This document shows positions 23,905-45,280 of a stretch of DNA of 64,000 nt, piece by piece. The translations under genes were made by a program, and so were the position numbers. The notes below the pieces were generated by a model. The model saw nothing but the letters and a program-made list of their open reading frames with translations, did no database searches and was not told where the DNA came from. Source of the DNA: Pocillopora damicornis (lineage: Eukaryota); NCBI RefSeq assembly GCF_003704095.1, contig NW_020844403.1, forward strand, positions 62,001 to 126,000, given 5' to 3'. Within the stretch, counting starts at the first letter, position 1. Each line of letters opens with the position of its first letter.

Positions 23905-26900
23905 TCAGCTCTCCAAGTCTGGTAGTTCTGAAATATGAAAACAGTTATTGCTAGGACAAGTTTCTCATGACCACTACTTTGTCCATATACAGTCAATCTA
24001 CCCTTGAGCAGTCACCCATTTTCCCAGCCTTTTTTTCTTCCTAATTTTTCTCATCACCTTGTGCTTGACAATCTATGGTTACTGTGATGATAAACTCCTT
24101 TTCAGCAGCTCATGGAAGTGAAAGATTAAATTTTTTTATCAAGCAAAAGTGGCCCATCCAATTGGATCTCATCGCAATTCAGTAACATGAAGTAACCAGA
24201 AGTATGAGTAATCCCCCTGAAAGGAATGGTAATCCATCCCAAGTTAACTTACTCCCTCCAGCATTCCATCAGGCTTCCCTGACAATTTGCCAGTGCCCAT
24301 TTATACCTCTGAGTGGAGAGAGACACAATAAAAGTCTCATGGCCAAATAACATGACACAATGACCTGGCCGAGGGTCCCAGTAACTTTGAGATCAAATTT
24401 CAAAGATTAGAGAAGCAGGTTCTGGCACTGTAACTAGTCCATTTCCTTTCTTTAACTTTTAGTTTTATTGAAGAATTTTCAAACCTCTTGAAGGAAAATT
24501 GAACAGCTTTACAGGCCCATTAAGTTACTGGAACCTTCAAGAAACAGCCTCTAGGTCGTAAACCCAGACCTCTTCACCAATCATTAGCTAAGCCACTGCA
24601 CCGCACCTCCCACCTTGGAGTGAAAGGGTTGAGAAATTTCTTCTGAACAACAAATAATGCTATGAAGAAGGAACAAAAGAATCACCTTCATCGTCACTGT
24701 CTTCTGACCCATCTACATCTCCTGGATCAAAGCTCTAAAGAACAACAATGCCAATTAAATGAGTATGTAGCAGAGTGTAAATCTGAAAATGATTCTGAAT
24801 TCATTTAGTTTTGAGTCACTATACTCTTTGAGTGGTTGCAAAAATATTTCAGCTTGAATGCTTCCTTTTTCCAAAAAAAAAAAAAAAAAACTAATTATAA
24901 ATCCTTCTAACTTTACCTCTGCACCTGCACCTGCACCATGTCCTCCCATCTTACTCATCATCTGTGAATTGAACCAAACAAAAATATTGAATCTTTTAAA
25001 TTAAACGACCTCACCATTAACAGCATTTTTCTCTATAATCATACAAAACAAAGCATTTCATGTTGCTGTGGGTCCACAAAGTATTGATAGATCACAGAAG
25101 ATATCAAAATGTGACACACTGGGCCGTGTGCCTTGAGTCGCTATTTTTCTTCTTACCACATTTTGATGTCATCTGTGATCTGTTACTGAAAAGACACACA
25201 GCAGATGTATGTTTGACTTGGTGCTATTGTAACTTACAGCTTCAAAATCATCATCCATTCCTGTGTCTTCTTCCTCTGAGTCATCCTCATCTCTCCATTT
25301 GTTAAAATCAGTATGAAGAAAACTTGGCTGCAAGACCATCAAAATGTTTAATAGGAATCACAAGGCAAAAATAAAGTTACTCTATACTCAAGTTATTTTG
25401 ACAGACATGATAGATTCTAGTGCTAGATAGATCAGATTGGTTGCCTAGTGGCTAGTATCTAATTTCGATATCTAATTTTGATATCTAATTTTGTTTAAAA
25501 AGTAAACTTCATTGCCATGATCTTTACTATCATCATAATTTTTTATTCGCAAGTTTTTTTTATTCACAAGTCCATTACCCAGTATTGCAAAGCAATTTTT
25601 AAAATTCTCCACATCTAGATCCTTACATTCCACTCAAACCATTTTTGAGTAGGTCTATGGCAGTTTTCTACAGTTACACTATACCTTAACCTATTATACC
25701 CTGGCATCAGTATGTATCTTCTCCACACTGTTCTCTATATATTTCTAATTGTCTTATAAGGAGGATTTGTTTAAAAATCAAGATTTTATTTTGTTGGCAA
25801 TTATTTCCAAGATCTGATTGTTAATTCTCCCCTGTAGCTGCTACACATTTCCTTGTAAATTATTTATGAGATCTTGGTGCTAGATTGAGATAGCAGCTTC
25901 TACCTGATAAGTTTGAATATTCTCATTACCTGTTTGCTGAAGCACGTATGGATATTGTAGGGAGAAGTTTTATGTTAATCACTTCTGGGAGTTAAAGGGT
26001 TAAGCAGTAATGCTTTCACAAGCAAAGAATTGCTAGTCCCTCTAAGGGTTAAAAGGTTAAGGCCCATGCATTTTTGCGAAAGGAAATCTCAGTCAGCTTT
26101 TCTTTTCTTTTTCATATGTCTGAGCAAGAGCTATGACTTTGATAAGTTTCAACTTCTGGGACCAGTTGGTCAAAGGGTGGGTAACACTATCCAGTGGTTA
26201 AGTGTTAACAAAATGCACTGCGCTATCCACCAGATAGAAATTTATCCAGTGGAAAGCATCATCTGTTATCCATTATACTCCTTCAACAACTTGGAATAGA
26301 TCTATCACAGGACAAACCTATATTAATGACACCACTGCTACTGGAATTTGTTAGTCTTTTTAATTTTTATACTTAGCAAGCAGATTCCATGCTGGAAAAG
26401 TGCTACAGGGCTTACACAGGGATCACATAGAACATCAACACGAGTTTAGTGAAAAATAAAGGCCAACATACCACAAACAAAAAGGAATTCTGTTGCTCTA
26501 ACCAAATGTTCGTATATTTTGTGATCTGTAACTGAACTATTTTAAGCTCACCTTCTTTGCATCTTTGAGAAGTTTTGGCCAATAGGGACCTTCCTCTTTC
26601 TTTGCGAGAGAAAAAGAGAGCTCCCTTGCAGTTATATGCTGTTTTGATTTCTGAAATAGAAGTCACAATGATGAAAAAATTACTGTCCACCAATTCTGAA
26701 CATTCTTACCCAACTTAATGTCAGATATAAATGGAAAATCTCCCTTAAGACATGACAATCCCTTGGGGGTATTTACGTTGGAAGCTGTTCCTGAGAATAT
26801 GCATCAGTTACAGAGCTAGAAAGAGGTAACAAACTTAATTAAGCTTCGAATGTTTGCTTATTACCACTGCTCACAAAATTTTAAGGCTAAGGCACACTTT

Positions 26901-27553
26901 GGAGTTTTCCTTATAAGGTCCATCACGCCCAAATTCTTGGAAACAGTGAAGCGACGTGAAATTTAATAACTTAGAACTTAATTATATTGGAGTGACAACT
27001 ACCATAGTCTTATCTTACCCCTGGGTCAACTTCGCCGTAGAATTCTAGATTCAACGTATATGTTTTTTGATCTTTTCCTCCTTTAGAACTGTGGATGTAG
27101 GATCATAACAGTTAGATTATTGTACCGAATATGGACAAAAGTACGAAATTGCCGGCTTGAAGCTGTTTAGTAAGCTCAAGCGACAACCTATGATCACAAA
27201 ATGCAGCTACATAAATTGCTCTAATTTTGTTCTGGACAATTTACGATAATTTTTCCTTCAGTCGGGAGGAAAGACTACGATCAGTCGGCTACCTAACGAA
27301 CACTTTAAACCACAACAAATAAAATTTTAACAGCTAACGCCTTACCTGAATTGTAAAGTATCGGATTTGAGGACTATGTCTGGGTTTTGACAATCGGCCA
27401 GTTCGATCGTAAGGAAGATTTTGTCTTTTCGCTGTGCCCATTTCGTCGACGGAGAAAGTGTGCTGAAGCATCAGAATCAAAAAATATTTAGCACTCTTGC
27501 ATACCAAAACAAAACTGGTTGGTAAAGCTATATTCTTACTTGACTTCACCCAT
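23905..27553 (-). CDS. PTGES3: Hsp90 co-chaperone p23 / prostaglandin E synthase 3, 168 aa
   Basis: Eight exons: 27553-27540, 27462-27346, 27088-27019, 26650-26552, 25327-25238, 24961-24917, 24734-24686, 23927-23905. Motifs PSTKWAQRKDKIFLTI, YWPKLLK, DFNKWRDEDD and an acidic tail ELPDLES*. Confidence 0.92.
24147..24613 (-). mobile_element. Degraded SINE copy split by a MITE insertion (about 24372-24552)
   Basis: AAGTGGCCCATC...ACACAATGACCTGGCC matches the 916-1218 SINE and resumes at AACCCAGACC...GCACCTCCCAC. The insert has GGTCCCAGTAACTT / AAGTTACTGGAACC inverted ends. Confidence 0.6.
25686..26060 (+). mobile_element. Nested or chimeric TTAA MITEs (second subfamily ending at 26003 inside the first)
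   Basis: TTAACC start with two right ends, GTTAAAGGGTTAA (26003) and GTTAAAAGGTTAA (26060). The inner subfamily also occurs at about 30580-30773 (-). Confidence 0.65.
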
Positions 27554-27781
27554 TTTTGTAAGGTATATCCACAGAGCAACTCGAAACGAACAAGCCTGTT
27601 TGATGCAGCATGCGGACTTACTGAAGTCACGCTTTCAATCCTTGTTACCAACCCCTCTCATTTGGCACGGCAATTACCGATGATAATCGGAAATATAACG
27701 CTTTCTTCCGATCATAAACGATTTATTTCCGACCGACCAGAACCATCAGCCATTCTAACAAAACAAACCGATGTCTAGTCC

Positions 27782-36056
<8,275 letters not shown>

Positions 36057-36405
36057 ACGCCTCACTGCATGAATGAGCCAGGAACTAAAAGCAACACTCA
36101 TTTCCTTGTGAGTAGGCAAGTTACTCCACTTTCAGGTAGTTCCCTTTTTGGGGATGTCATGCGTGAGAACTTCAACTTGACCTATCTACAGGGTTTGTTA
36201 GATCTGACCTTGCCATGATAGTGTTGGCTTATGAATATGAGCCACAATCTGTTACAAATATTTAACACAATTTTGGCAACAGCGGTGAAACTTCATAAAT
36301 GTGGAAAATAATGTAAATGAAGTGTTGTGTTCTGCTCATTTGTAGAGGAGGCATTCAGTGACTTTTTTTTACATGGCATCAAACCCCAGGCTTAAATGTC
36401 AAAAT

Positions 36406-36464
36406 GCATTTAGCTTATGACAGAACAATTTAAAACCAGATGGAAGATTGTACTTGAAGTGTGC
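36406..36464 (+). promoter_or_regulatory. SECIS element (type II) in the SELENOO 3'UTR
   Basis: Core AUGAC (36417) / UGAA (36455). Helix II AGAACAAUUU:AGAUUGUACU (9 of 10 pairs). Unpaired AAAA at 36432-36435, mini-helix CCA-GA-UGG and a short helix I GCAU:GUGC. Lies upstream of two AATAAA signals at about 36594-36610. Confidence 0.85.
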
Positions 36465-37233
36465 CAGGAGATTGATGTTACTACTAAGAACAAAACCACT
36501 TTGTAATTTGTTCATAGATAATAGATTTTCAAACAATTTGTTGGTAGAAATGTTGTTATTGGCAAGAGAAAGGTACATATAAATACCATTCATAATAAAT
36601 TATCAATAAACACTTCACATTTTTTTTTGTCCCCTTTTTCTTCTTCACCTTGACATTTTCAACCATTCATTAAAGGATATTATTTTCTTTGGGTTCAACA
36701 GTTTTCCAGCATAATATATCTGACAGGTTTCATTTATTACTTAAATTAAGTCATTGATTTTGTTTTGGTGGTCAGTCTGACCAATGCATTGATCAATTTG
36801 AAGCTTCGGCATCTCTTTCCCCTCCCCCCTCCCCCACGCAGTAAAATGCCCATGGGCTGCCAGGAGGGGGGTTGTTTCTTAAAGGAAAATAAGTGACTGC
36901 TTCAATTAAGACAATGGTTCATGCAAGGGTTTGTTGATAGGTTTCAGTGGGGGAATTTTGTTAACAACATGCAGAGAAAAATAAATGAAATTACTCAGTA
37001 CTTCCTTAATAAAAAGGATTGTATTACATTTTTATTACAAAAATTAACAATGTAAAATACACATCTTTACAACAGAGTCATCAACAGACTGTTATAAAGA
37101 CAAATATCACAAACAATTCATTTTTACAAAAGGATAAGTTACAAAATTTATTTCAGAACCTTTCAATTTGTGAATAAATCAATAACCATTCTTTTGCCTG
37201 AAAATTGTAAATATTTTTAGTGATTTATTTGGG

Positions 37234-38011
37234 CTATTCTTCATCCACCAGCAGTATAATGTCCACATCATCATGTACACCTTGGAGAAGTAATTCCCCT
37301 GCATAAGTCACAATCTTCTTCTTCTTAGCTGCTTTCAAAGTTCCCACTAGGGCTGTGAAAAAAAAAAGGATTTCAATTGTCAAACTCACAAATAACCATG
37401 AACATTGAAGATATTATGTGATGTTGGGGAACTTTTTTGTACTGAGCTCAAATCTTTCTAAAGATGTTATGATCTCATACAATCCAAAAAATTATTAAAC
37501 ATGGGTGAGGTCTGCGGCTGTGGCTGTTTGGGAAATGAGGGCATGTTTGCACTTTTCCTTGGATAATTAACTTAATCTAAAGTTTTCTCTGGAAGGAAGC
37601 AGGACCTGACAGGGGAGATCAAGGTGACAATGATCTAACAAGGGTAAAAGTATAAAATAAGATTGAAATAATATAGACACGTATACTGTCCTGTACTCAG
37701 GTGAATAAGCAGTATGATTTATTTGTCTACTGGATGTTGTGAGAAAGATTGATTGAAATGGAGAGAGTGATGAGACAATATAAGAATGGAGTCTTTCTGT
37801 GAGAATTTATGAAAAAACAGCTGAGACAAATCCACTTCACTTGAAAGAGTATGGAGAAAGTTTATGTGTCTGCTTTACCTTCAAAGATGTTGGCACAACG
37901 ATCATCACTAAATAGCACTCCAAACTTGACTGTTATCTTGCCATCAGAATTTGGTTTCCCAAGTCTTTTCATTTCCTGCACTAAAAGTTTCACTTCATGT
38001 TCCACATTCAT
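37234..38011 (-). CDS. ABRACL: Costars family protein ABRACL
   Basis: Exons 38011-37879 and 37352-37234 give MNVEHEVKLLVQEMKRLG..VKFGVLFSDDRCANIFEALVGTLKAAKKKKIVTYAGELLLQGVHDDVDIILL. Confidence 0.93.
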
Positions 38012-39153
38012 TATCAGTCCTGTTCTTTATCGCCTGTAATTTAAAGGCCATTTTAATGTTTTAATATCAGCAGATTCTCAGAGCCATGATTGATTTTTAT
38101 TTCCTGGGATTCATTGGAAATTAGATAATTTCCAGTGATATGCTTGTAAAGATTTTAACGACCTTTTGCACTGAAAGAACTCTTAAAACTTGTAGAAGAT
38201 ATGTATTCATGTGTTGATTCATTTTTCTCTACAAGTAAAATCACAACTTGTCACCCATGAGCAAAACTTGAAGGAGAGATCAGAGTCACCAAGATGGACC
38301 ACACAACCTTGGACAGTGCTAATTAAAGTAATTAAGACTACCCCTTTCAAACTATCTCAGAGCTAATAGTTCATCATGATCGCAAATCATTAATATGCGT
38401 ACAGCGGATCCATGCCCTGGCAGGTTTTCTTGGACCGTTACATCCGACTCTTTAGTCTCGATTCCCCTCCTTTAGACCCGTTTTCGTCCAAGTAATCCTA
38501 ATGCAACGAAGGAGACTTGCAGGTTATGCAGAAAAATATTTGCATACCAAAAATATCGAGCTCTTTCGAGTTCCAGGCTCATGCATATAGCATACAAACG
38601 TAAAAGGTCTGTATGATTTGAAACTCGACGACCTATTCAATATACCTTGTAGAAATATATTTCAATAATCTGAAATCAGGAGAGGTGTACTTGATTTTAG
38701 AGATCAAAGGCTAAAATGTAATTTAGCTGAACAGATTATACCCATTAATTTCGATCTTGTGAAACAGTTTTCTAGACTGGTTTAGAAAACGACAACCCAT
38801 CCCGTGCAACGAGTCTGTCCAGAAGTTACAGGAAGGGAAATCACGCTACAGCGATTGTTCTTAAGGATCATCATTCTTAAATTTTCCAACCTGGATTTTA
38901 TGACAAATGCTAACACTCTGAGGGCAGACCAGTTAGTCCTTGCGTCCAGATCGGGGGTTGGCACGTCCGCAGCTTGAGCCCGCACTAGACTTCCCAGCCA
39001 GCATACACTTGGAAAGGAAGTTTGTCATGTGATTAGATCAAAATGTCCTATGTAGTTAAAAGTTGGGCGAAATTTTTGTTTTATTTTTAAACGGAACAGC
39101 TTATTGTAATTTTTTCGGTTTTATCACAATCCTATACCTAAAAAGCCATAATA

Positions 39154-42121
39154 ATGGCACCTTCTATTATCGAAGGAATTGATAATGAAGTTCTTTTCGT
39201 GGTTAGCGTTCTGGCGACTCTTTTGACGATGCTTTTAGTTCACTTGGTGTATAATTCAAATGCAACGAATCGCACCGCAACAGAACATGTATTTGAATCA
39301 AACATTTCGTCAGATCCTAACCAAAGTGGTTCTTTTCACCCTACTGATCGTGCCGATGAGAACACAAGTCAAGAACAAGGTAGGAAATTTTATTTACACC
39401 TGCACTTTCAACTTCTTATCGCCATATGCGTACACGTCGCCTGAACATCCAAGCAGCAGCAGGCCACAACTGCAAGTTGCTAGCTGGTGTTCAGCAGGGT
39501 GTGTAGGCCTAAGCGATGAAGATCGAAGAAAGATTTCCGTATAACCCCGAACCACTTTAAACAAAGCCAAGTGCTTGTCGTAGTCTATTGCCTTTGTTTT
39601 CTTTTATCAACGAACCGCATGCTTAATGAAAGAAGGGACGATATGGAAATCTTGCCAAGATCGATTATCGATTTTACAAGTAGATTTTATGTTGCCATTC
39701 CTCTGTTCAGTAGTTAGGTCACAGATGACATCAACATGTGGCAAGAATAGAAAGGTGCCACGCGAGGTACAGCTGATCGAGTGTGTCACTGATGTTCTAC
39801 TTCTACTTCTACTTCTACTATTAATTGATAAAGTGTATCAACGCATCACATCAATATAAATACAACAAAATAATAAATAAATAAGTAATAAATAAACACT
39901 AGTAATAAAGATATATATGTGATATGAGAAATTTTTTAAAACCAATTCCCAGTTTCAATAAGATGGCTGTGCAGAGTGGCCTTAAATTTTAAGTTATCAT
40001 CTATATTAATTTTACAATGTCACCTGCAAGTCTATTCCATTGGTTGACTGACCACAGAAAAAAGCTGTATGCATATTGATTGCAATTTGAATGTGGTCTT
40101 ATGAAGGTTTTGGAGTTACTACTCCTTAAAGTGTGTAGTAAAGGAGTTAGATATGAATCTTTATCGATATCAACAGTATGATAAACAACGCAATGAAATA
40201 TCGATAATCAAGAGGGAATTCATCTCCATTCAAGAGATGGCCACTCCAATTTATTTAGCATATCAGTTACTATCCTTGGTTCCTTGGAATAATTATTTCT
40301 TACTTTGTTGTTTATGTTATTTCTTACTATATCTTTACGTCTTCTTTGATCCATTACTGCGCAGACCCATGACAATATGGAATCTATTTGTTTTGTATGA
40401 TAAAGAAGCAAAATGTGTTTAATGGTGATGTCATCTATGCATCTCTCCTCCAATAGATCATAAGTAAGAACCAATCAAAATGCGTCCATATAGCAGCCAA
40501 ACATATAATCTCAGAGAGAATTAACCTCCCCCCCCTCCAGCTTTTGCATATTTTGTTTTAAATCAGTCAATAGCATTTGATGTTGTTGCATTTAAGAATA
40601 TGAACCCTTTCACTCCCATGAGTGACCAAGACAGAATTTCTCCTTACAATATCAGGTACAGTACCATGCAGATGTGTGATAAGAATAAAGAAAAATATAT
40701 TAATAAGGGGATTAATAGTTAATCCATTGACAAATTCTCAAACTAACATCAACAGATACTTTACAAGAAGAATTTCCGCAATAATCAAGAGCTTCTTGAC
40801 CTCTCAATTATTTCCATTATTATAATGACCTAAATATTTATTTCAGGGTGGTTGCTTTTGGGATAAATTAGATTCTTATCACTCTTAGTAGTTTAAGGGT
40901 GAATTAAATGTGATATTATTTAATTAAGTAAATATCAAATAGCATTTGAAGGGAGCTTAGAGAAGTTCCTCAAGTGATACACTTTGAGGTTTCTTAGACT
41001 TTCCAAATTGTCTTGTATTGCCTTTTTTGGTTTTATATTGCCTTTTTAATTGACATTAGGATCAGCACAAGAGGTTGACTCAGAGAATATTGGACTCAGT
41101 CAAACAACAACAACAACAACACCACTATATGATGATACTCATGATAGGTCAGCGTCACAACCAGAGAATGACAGAGTGCGCCAGAGAGGACCGTCTCAAA
41201 GCACATCTGATTCTGGTGGCCAACAAGGTCCCACTGAAGAACCTATATCAATCCGTGTCAAATTCATGGAGAATCAAAGGAATTTATCTGTAAATAGAAG
41301 TATAGCAGTTGGAGAATTGAAAAGGTAAAGTAAAATTTGACTCCCATGAGTGACCAAGACAGAATTTCTCCTTACTATATCTATACAATATTATGAAGAC
41401 AAGTGATGAGAATGAAGAAAAATATCAAGTATGGGATTACTAATTGATCTAATACCAAATTCTCCAAACTTACATGATGAGAATCATTTGGAAGACAGTA
41501 AGGTGAATTACTAATGAGATCTTGGCAGTTAAAGAGTCAAGGGCCAATGAAATCTAACAGTAAAACCTACCAAATTGCTTAAAGCGTGGGGAAACATGGG
41601 TGACCAAGCGATGATTGGTTTTAGTTTTGATTGTGATTGGTTTAGAGAGTGGTGCAAGTTTTCTGGAGCAATCACAGAGTGAGTGATGTGAAACAAAGCA
41701 ATCTCAGATAACTTTCTCAAAACTCAGTGAAAAATTGTTCTAATTCTCTTTTGTTTACAGGTTATGTTTTCAGAATGAACTTAACAATGGGATGAGGGTG
41801 CGTCTCATATACAACGGAAAACTTCTTCAAGATGACTCTGCTCCAGTCTCTTTTTATGGAGTCGCCGATCAGTCCGTGATCCACGCCCAAATATCTGATG
41901 CACAGAGGGTACCAGGGGAACATTCGGGTAGACAAGATGAGGAAGGGTTAATATTCTCAATGGACCCTTCAAAGCTCTTCCTTCCTATCTTGGCAATTAT
42001 TCTTATACTCTGCTGGTACGGATTATTTAATTACAGGCATCTGTTCAGTGCTGCATCAGTAATCATTCTAATTTTTATGACACTTGCATTTGGCTTTTTA
42101 GTTTACGTCGTAACGTCTTAG
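39154..42121 (+). CDS. TMUB1: Transmembrane and ubiquitin-like domain-containing protein (TMUB1/2 family)
   Basis: Exons 39154-39379, 41060-41324, 41761-42121. N-terminal IIEGIDNEV plus TM, UBL (ISIRVKF..VGELKR..VRLIYNGKLLQDD..VIHAQIS) and two C-terminal TMs with WY..NYRHLFS. Confidence 0.88.
39797..40305 (-). mobile_element. 5'-truncated CR1/L2-group LINE 3' end with hexamer tandem tail, nested inside a palindromic-type repeat (about 39600-40500)
   Basis: The minus strand reads VRNNYSKEPRIVTDMLNKLEWPSLEWR*...CNQYAYSFFLWSVNQWNRLA, like an ORF2 C-terminus with stops. The tail is (CTTCTA)n on the + strand at about 39797-39820. Confidence 0.7.
40601..40903. mobile_element. Chimeric TTAA-type MITE (two subfamilies); further copy at about 41331-41540
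   Basis: AACCCTTTCACTCCCATGAGTGACCAAGACAGAATTTCTCC start, shared with 41340 and with 51481-51692 inverted. The 3' part matches the main subfamily. Confidence 0.6.
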
Positions 42122-42639
42122 GCTTCAAAAGTTATAAAAGCGTGAACACTTTAGGCGATAACTCGTCACAGCAATTCAGTTTGCTTGTAGTATACGGGGA
42201 TGATATTTGTGAAGATAAACAAAAATGATGATAGTTGTAATAAAGTTGAATAACCAGTAATGAAACGACTTAAATTTGGTTTAGGGCGCTCATTGTTCAT
42301 GGGTCTTTTTAACATTGAAAATCCGGTCGGTGTAACCGTTGTATAATGGAGCGCGATTTTCCGAATTCGACCGATGAGATTACGTGTACCATTATCAGGT
42401 GTTTCACCCCTTTCTAATCTGGAAACCGAAGATTCATTCAAGTGGTAAAGTATTTTCCGCCGTTCCTCCCGAAGAAGGAAAAAAAAGAGAAGTACCTCTA
42501 TATGTCTTCCAAAATTTCCCAACGGAATTTCCGGAAAGTAACCTTACCATTTGACCTCAACTCGAAATTTTCCGGATTTCTTGGCCTGGTGGTAAACACC
42601 CTGTGTCGTAACACCCAAATTAATACAAAGGTAAATTTG

Positions 42640-42819
42640 TTAACTCGTTACACCCTAACAAAGGTAAAGGTATTCTCCACAAGAAGAATTTGTGTAACAA
42701 TCAACAGCTTCTTTTGTTCCTGATAATTTTATTTATTCTCATGACCTTACTGCATGATTCAGGGGTGATATTGTAAGGAGAAATTAGATGCTAGTCACCC
42801 TTAAGGGTTAAAAGGTTGA
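42640..42819 (+). mobile_element. TTAA MITE copy, adjacent to another repeat family (about 42820-43010; related copy about 41540-41735)
   Basis: TTAACTCGTTACACCCTAACA...GGAGAAATTAGATGCTAGTCACCCTTAAGGGTTAAAAGG. Confidence 0.65.
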
Positions 42820-43627
42820 GGAGCCAATGAGAGCTCAAAGTGAAAACAAGCGAATTTTCTGAAGTACGAGTAAAAATTAAACGCGATTAACGAAGTCGCA
42901 TTTAGTTTCCGTGTGGCATCCCATTGGTTCACAGGGCAGTGCATGCCTTCAAGCCAAATCCTAACGCAAAGTAGAACGAAACCAATAAAGCGGCGGATAA
43001 CTCTCGAGCAGGCATATTTAGGTGGAATTAAGACATCTGTCATCTGGTACAACAGCATTCTAAACGCGATACCGAAAAAAGGTTTTCTCTACCGTGAAAA
43101 CCTCGCAACGGTTTCATGTGAAAGTAAATTTTGAGGAACGGTTTTTTAGAGTTACTTTTCTTAGTTCAATTGTCATCTTTTGCACTTGTTCTTTAGACAA
43201 GCCGTCTTTCGAGAAGTCATTATGTTGCAATGAAACTTCTTGGGACGTTTTAATCTGACTGCATGACTACAGTTTCTCTCATTTAAAATTTTATACAAAC
43301 TGTATAGTTTTTAAAAGGTGATATCATTTTCATGAACGATTTCGCGTAAACTTAACCGTTAGGAACGGTTGAGATCTTCTCAAAATCGAAACCTACATTT
43401 TTAAAAAATCGTGCCGGTCGACCGAGGTGAAAGTACTACATGTTTCAAGCTTAGAACAATACAACCACAGACCACTCAAATAGTTTCACTAGTCGGTACT
43501 AGCAATTAATTCTCTGCAAGAACTTTAAAAATTAAACAGTTACCGTGTTCCTTTTGTTTAAAGATACACCACGCTTGAATCCAAAGTGATATTTTTGGCT
43601 AATTATGAAATTTGCGCCTTTCTAGTG

Positions 43628-45280
43628 ATGGCGCAGTCCAATGGGGTAAACTCCGAAATTGAACACAACGAGAAAATGAGAAATTCATTTTTTCCTAAGT
43701 TCATTCGCGTGAACAGGAAGCTTTTAGTGTCCAAGGTATTTTATTTTTGTTACTGGGGAGCCGTTGGTTCGTTTTTCCCACTTCTAGGAGTGTATTTTAA
43801 GCAGCTGGGAATGAACCCAAGTTTAAGCGGCATTCTAGTTGGCTGCCGTCCGATGGTGGAATTTTTCAGCGCGCCACTTCTAGGATCTCTGGCCGACCGT
43901 TTGAACAAGCGGAAACTTTTGATGATATTTTCGCTGATGTGTTGGATTTCCTTCAACTTCTCGTTGGCTTTTATAAAACCAGCACCTGTTACGTGTAGGA
44001 AATATTTCATTCTCACCGAAAATGTATCGCAAATTGTTGACGGAGAGACATCAGAGATCAAAGATTTCCTCGCGCCTAACACCCCGGACAAAAAAGAGCC
44101 CGAATTCAAAGCCAAGAGTTCTTTAGTTTATGATCGTGAAGGAGTACACCAAGTATTTTTAGTCCTACTCTTTTTAACGGTCGTGGGAGAATTTTTCTCG
44201 GCTCCAGCCATAACACTGGCAGACTCAGCAACTCTTGGGATGCTAGGAGAGAACAAAGAACTCTACGGGCGCCAGCGCATGTGGGGAAGCCTTGGATGGG
44301 GAACAGCCATGTTTCTTTTAGGTTTTGTCATCGATAGCATCAGTGGAGTTGAAGTTTGTGGTGAAATAATCAGCCAAAATTACACGGTTGGCTTTTATTT
44401 CTTTTTCGTTTTCATGGTGTGCGCCTTGACTGTGGCTACCCGCTTCACCTTCCCAAACAAAGAAAAATTAGAATTGGGCGAAGGACTTCGGGGTGAAGGA
44501 TCCGGACTATACCGCATTCTGCTATCAGTGCGATACGGTACGTTTTTACTCGTGACATTTTTCTTAGGTTTTGGAGTCGGCCTCATTTTCACTTTTCTTT
44601 TCTGGCATCTTGAAGACCTCGGTGGTCCGCCGACTCTGTTCGGGATAGCTTCGTTGATCGATCATATTTCGGAAATCGCGTGTTATTTCAATGTGGGTCG
44701 CCTCATTGGCTGCGTTGGTCACATTCGCGTCCTCTACGTCGGCCTCTTGGGGAATTTAATTCGTTTTGTGTACATTTCGTTCTTAAACAATCCATGGTTA
44801 GTGCTTCCTCTGGAAATTTTGCAAGGGATGACTCATGCTGCAGTGTGGGCAGCTTGCACAAGCTATGTAGGTCGCATTGCACCCCCTGGATATGCGACCT
44901 CCGCTCAAGGCATTTTACAAGGATTACATCACGGCTTAGGGAGGGGATGCGGCGCGATAATAGGTGGTGTGCTTATACACCAGTTTGGTACCAAAATGAC
45001 ATTTAGAGCTTATGGAATTGTCAGTCTGTTTGTCTTAGTGTTGTTTGCAACCATTCAGAAAATTCTTGGACCGGACGAAAGAATGAGTAACGGAATAAGA
45101 CCGAATCAGTTGAACGTGAAGACCAAGGCTAAACAGAGTCCAGATAATAGCCCTGAGGTTGACTCTCCGCCCTCGGTTGTAGCTCCACTCATGCCAGGCC
45201 TTTTCTCTCATCGGAGTATGGAGGATCCTAAGTTTGGAGTAGTAGGAAGGCACATCCAGCCCAGAAGTAGCACCAGCTGA
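43628..45280 (+). CDS. MFSD6: Major facilitator superfamily domain-containing protein 6, intronless CDS
   Basis: Motifs LLVSKVFYFCYWGAVGSFFPLLGVYFKQLGM, GEFFSAPAITLADSATL, YGRQRMWGSLGWG and TSAQGILQGLHHGLGRGCGAIIGG. About 12 hydrophobic segments. Confidence 0.92.
   Translation: MAQSNGVNSEIEHNEKMRNSFFPKFIRVNRKLLVSKVFYFCYWGAVGSFFPLLGVYFKQLGMNPSLSGILVGCRPMVEFFSAPLLGSLADRLNKRKLLMIFSLMCWISFNFSLAFIKPAPVTCRKYFILTENVSQIVDGETSEIKDFLAPNTPDKKEPEFKAKSSLVYDREGVHQVFLVLLFLTVVGEFFSAPAITLADSATLGMLGENKELYGRQRMWGSLGWGTAMFLLGFVIDSISGVEVCGEIISQNYTVGFYFFFVFMVCALTVATRFTFPNKEKLELGEGLRGEGSGLYRILLSVRYGTFLLVTFFLGFGVGLIFTFLFWHLEDLGGPPTLFGIASLIDHISEIACYFNVGRLIGCVGHIRVLYVGLLGNLIRFVYISFLNNPWLVLPLEILQGMTHAAVWAACTSYVGRIAPPGYATSAQGILQGLHHGLGRGCGAIIGGVLIHQFGTKMTFRAYGIVSLFVLVLFATIQKILGPDERMSNGIRPNQLNVKTKAKQSPDNSPEVDSPPSVVAPLMPGLFSHRSMEDPKFGVVGRHIQPRSSTS

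Noticed and set aside
36216-36362. Other ATGA-containing hairpins in the SELENOO 3'UTR
   Set aside because: They lack a properly placed 3' GA or apical AA. The 36406-36464 element fits far better.
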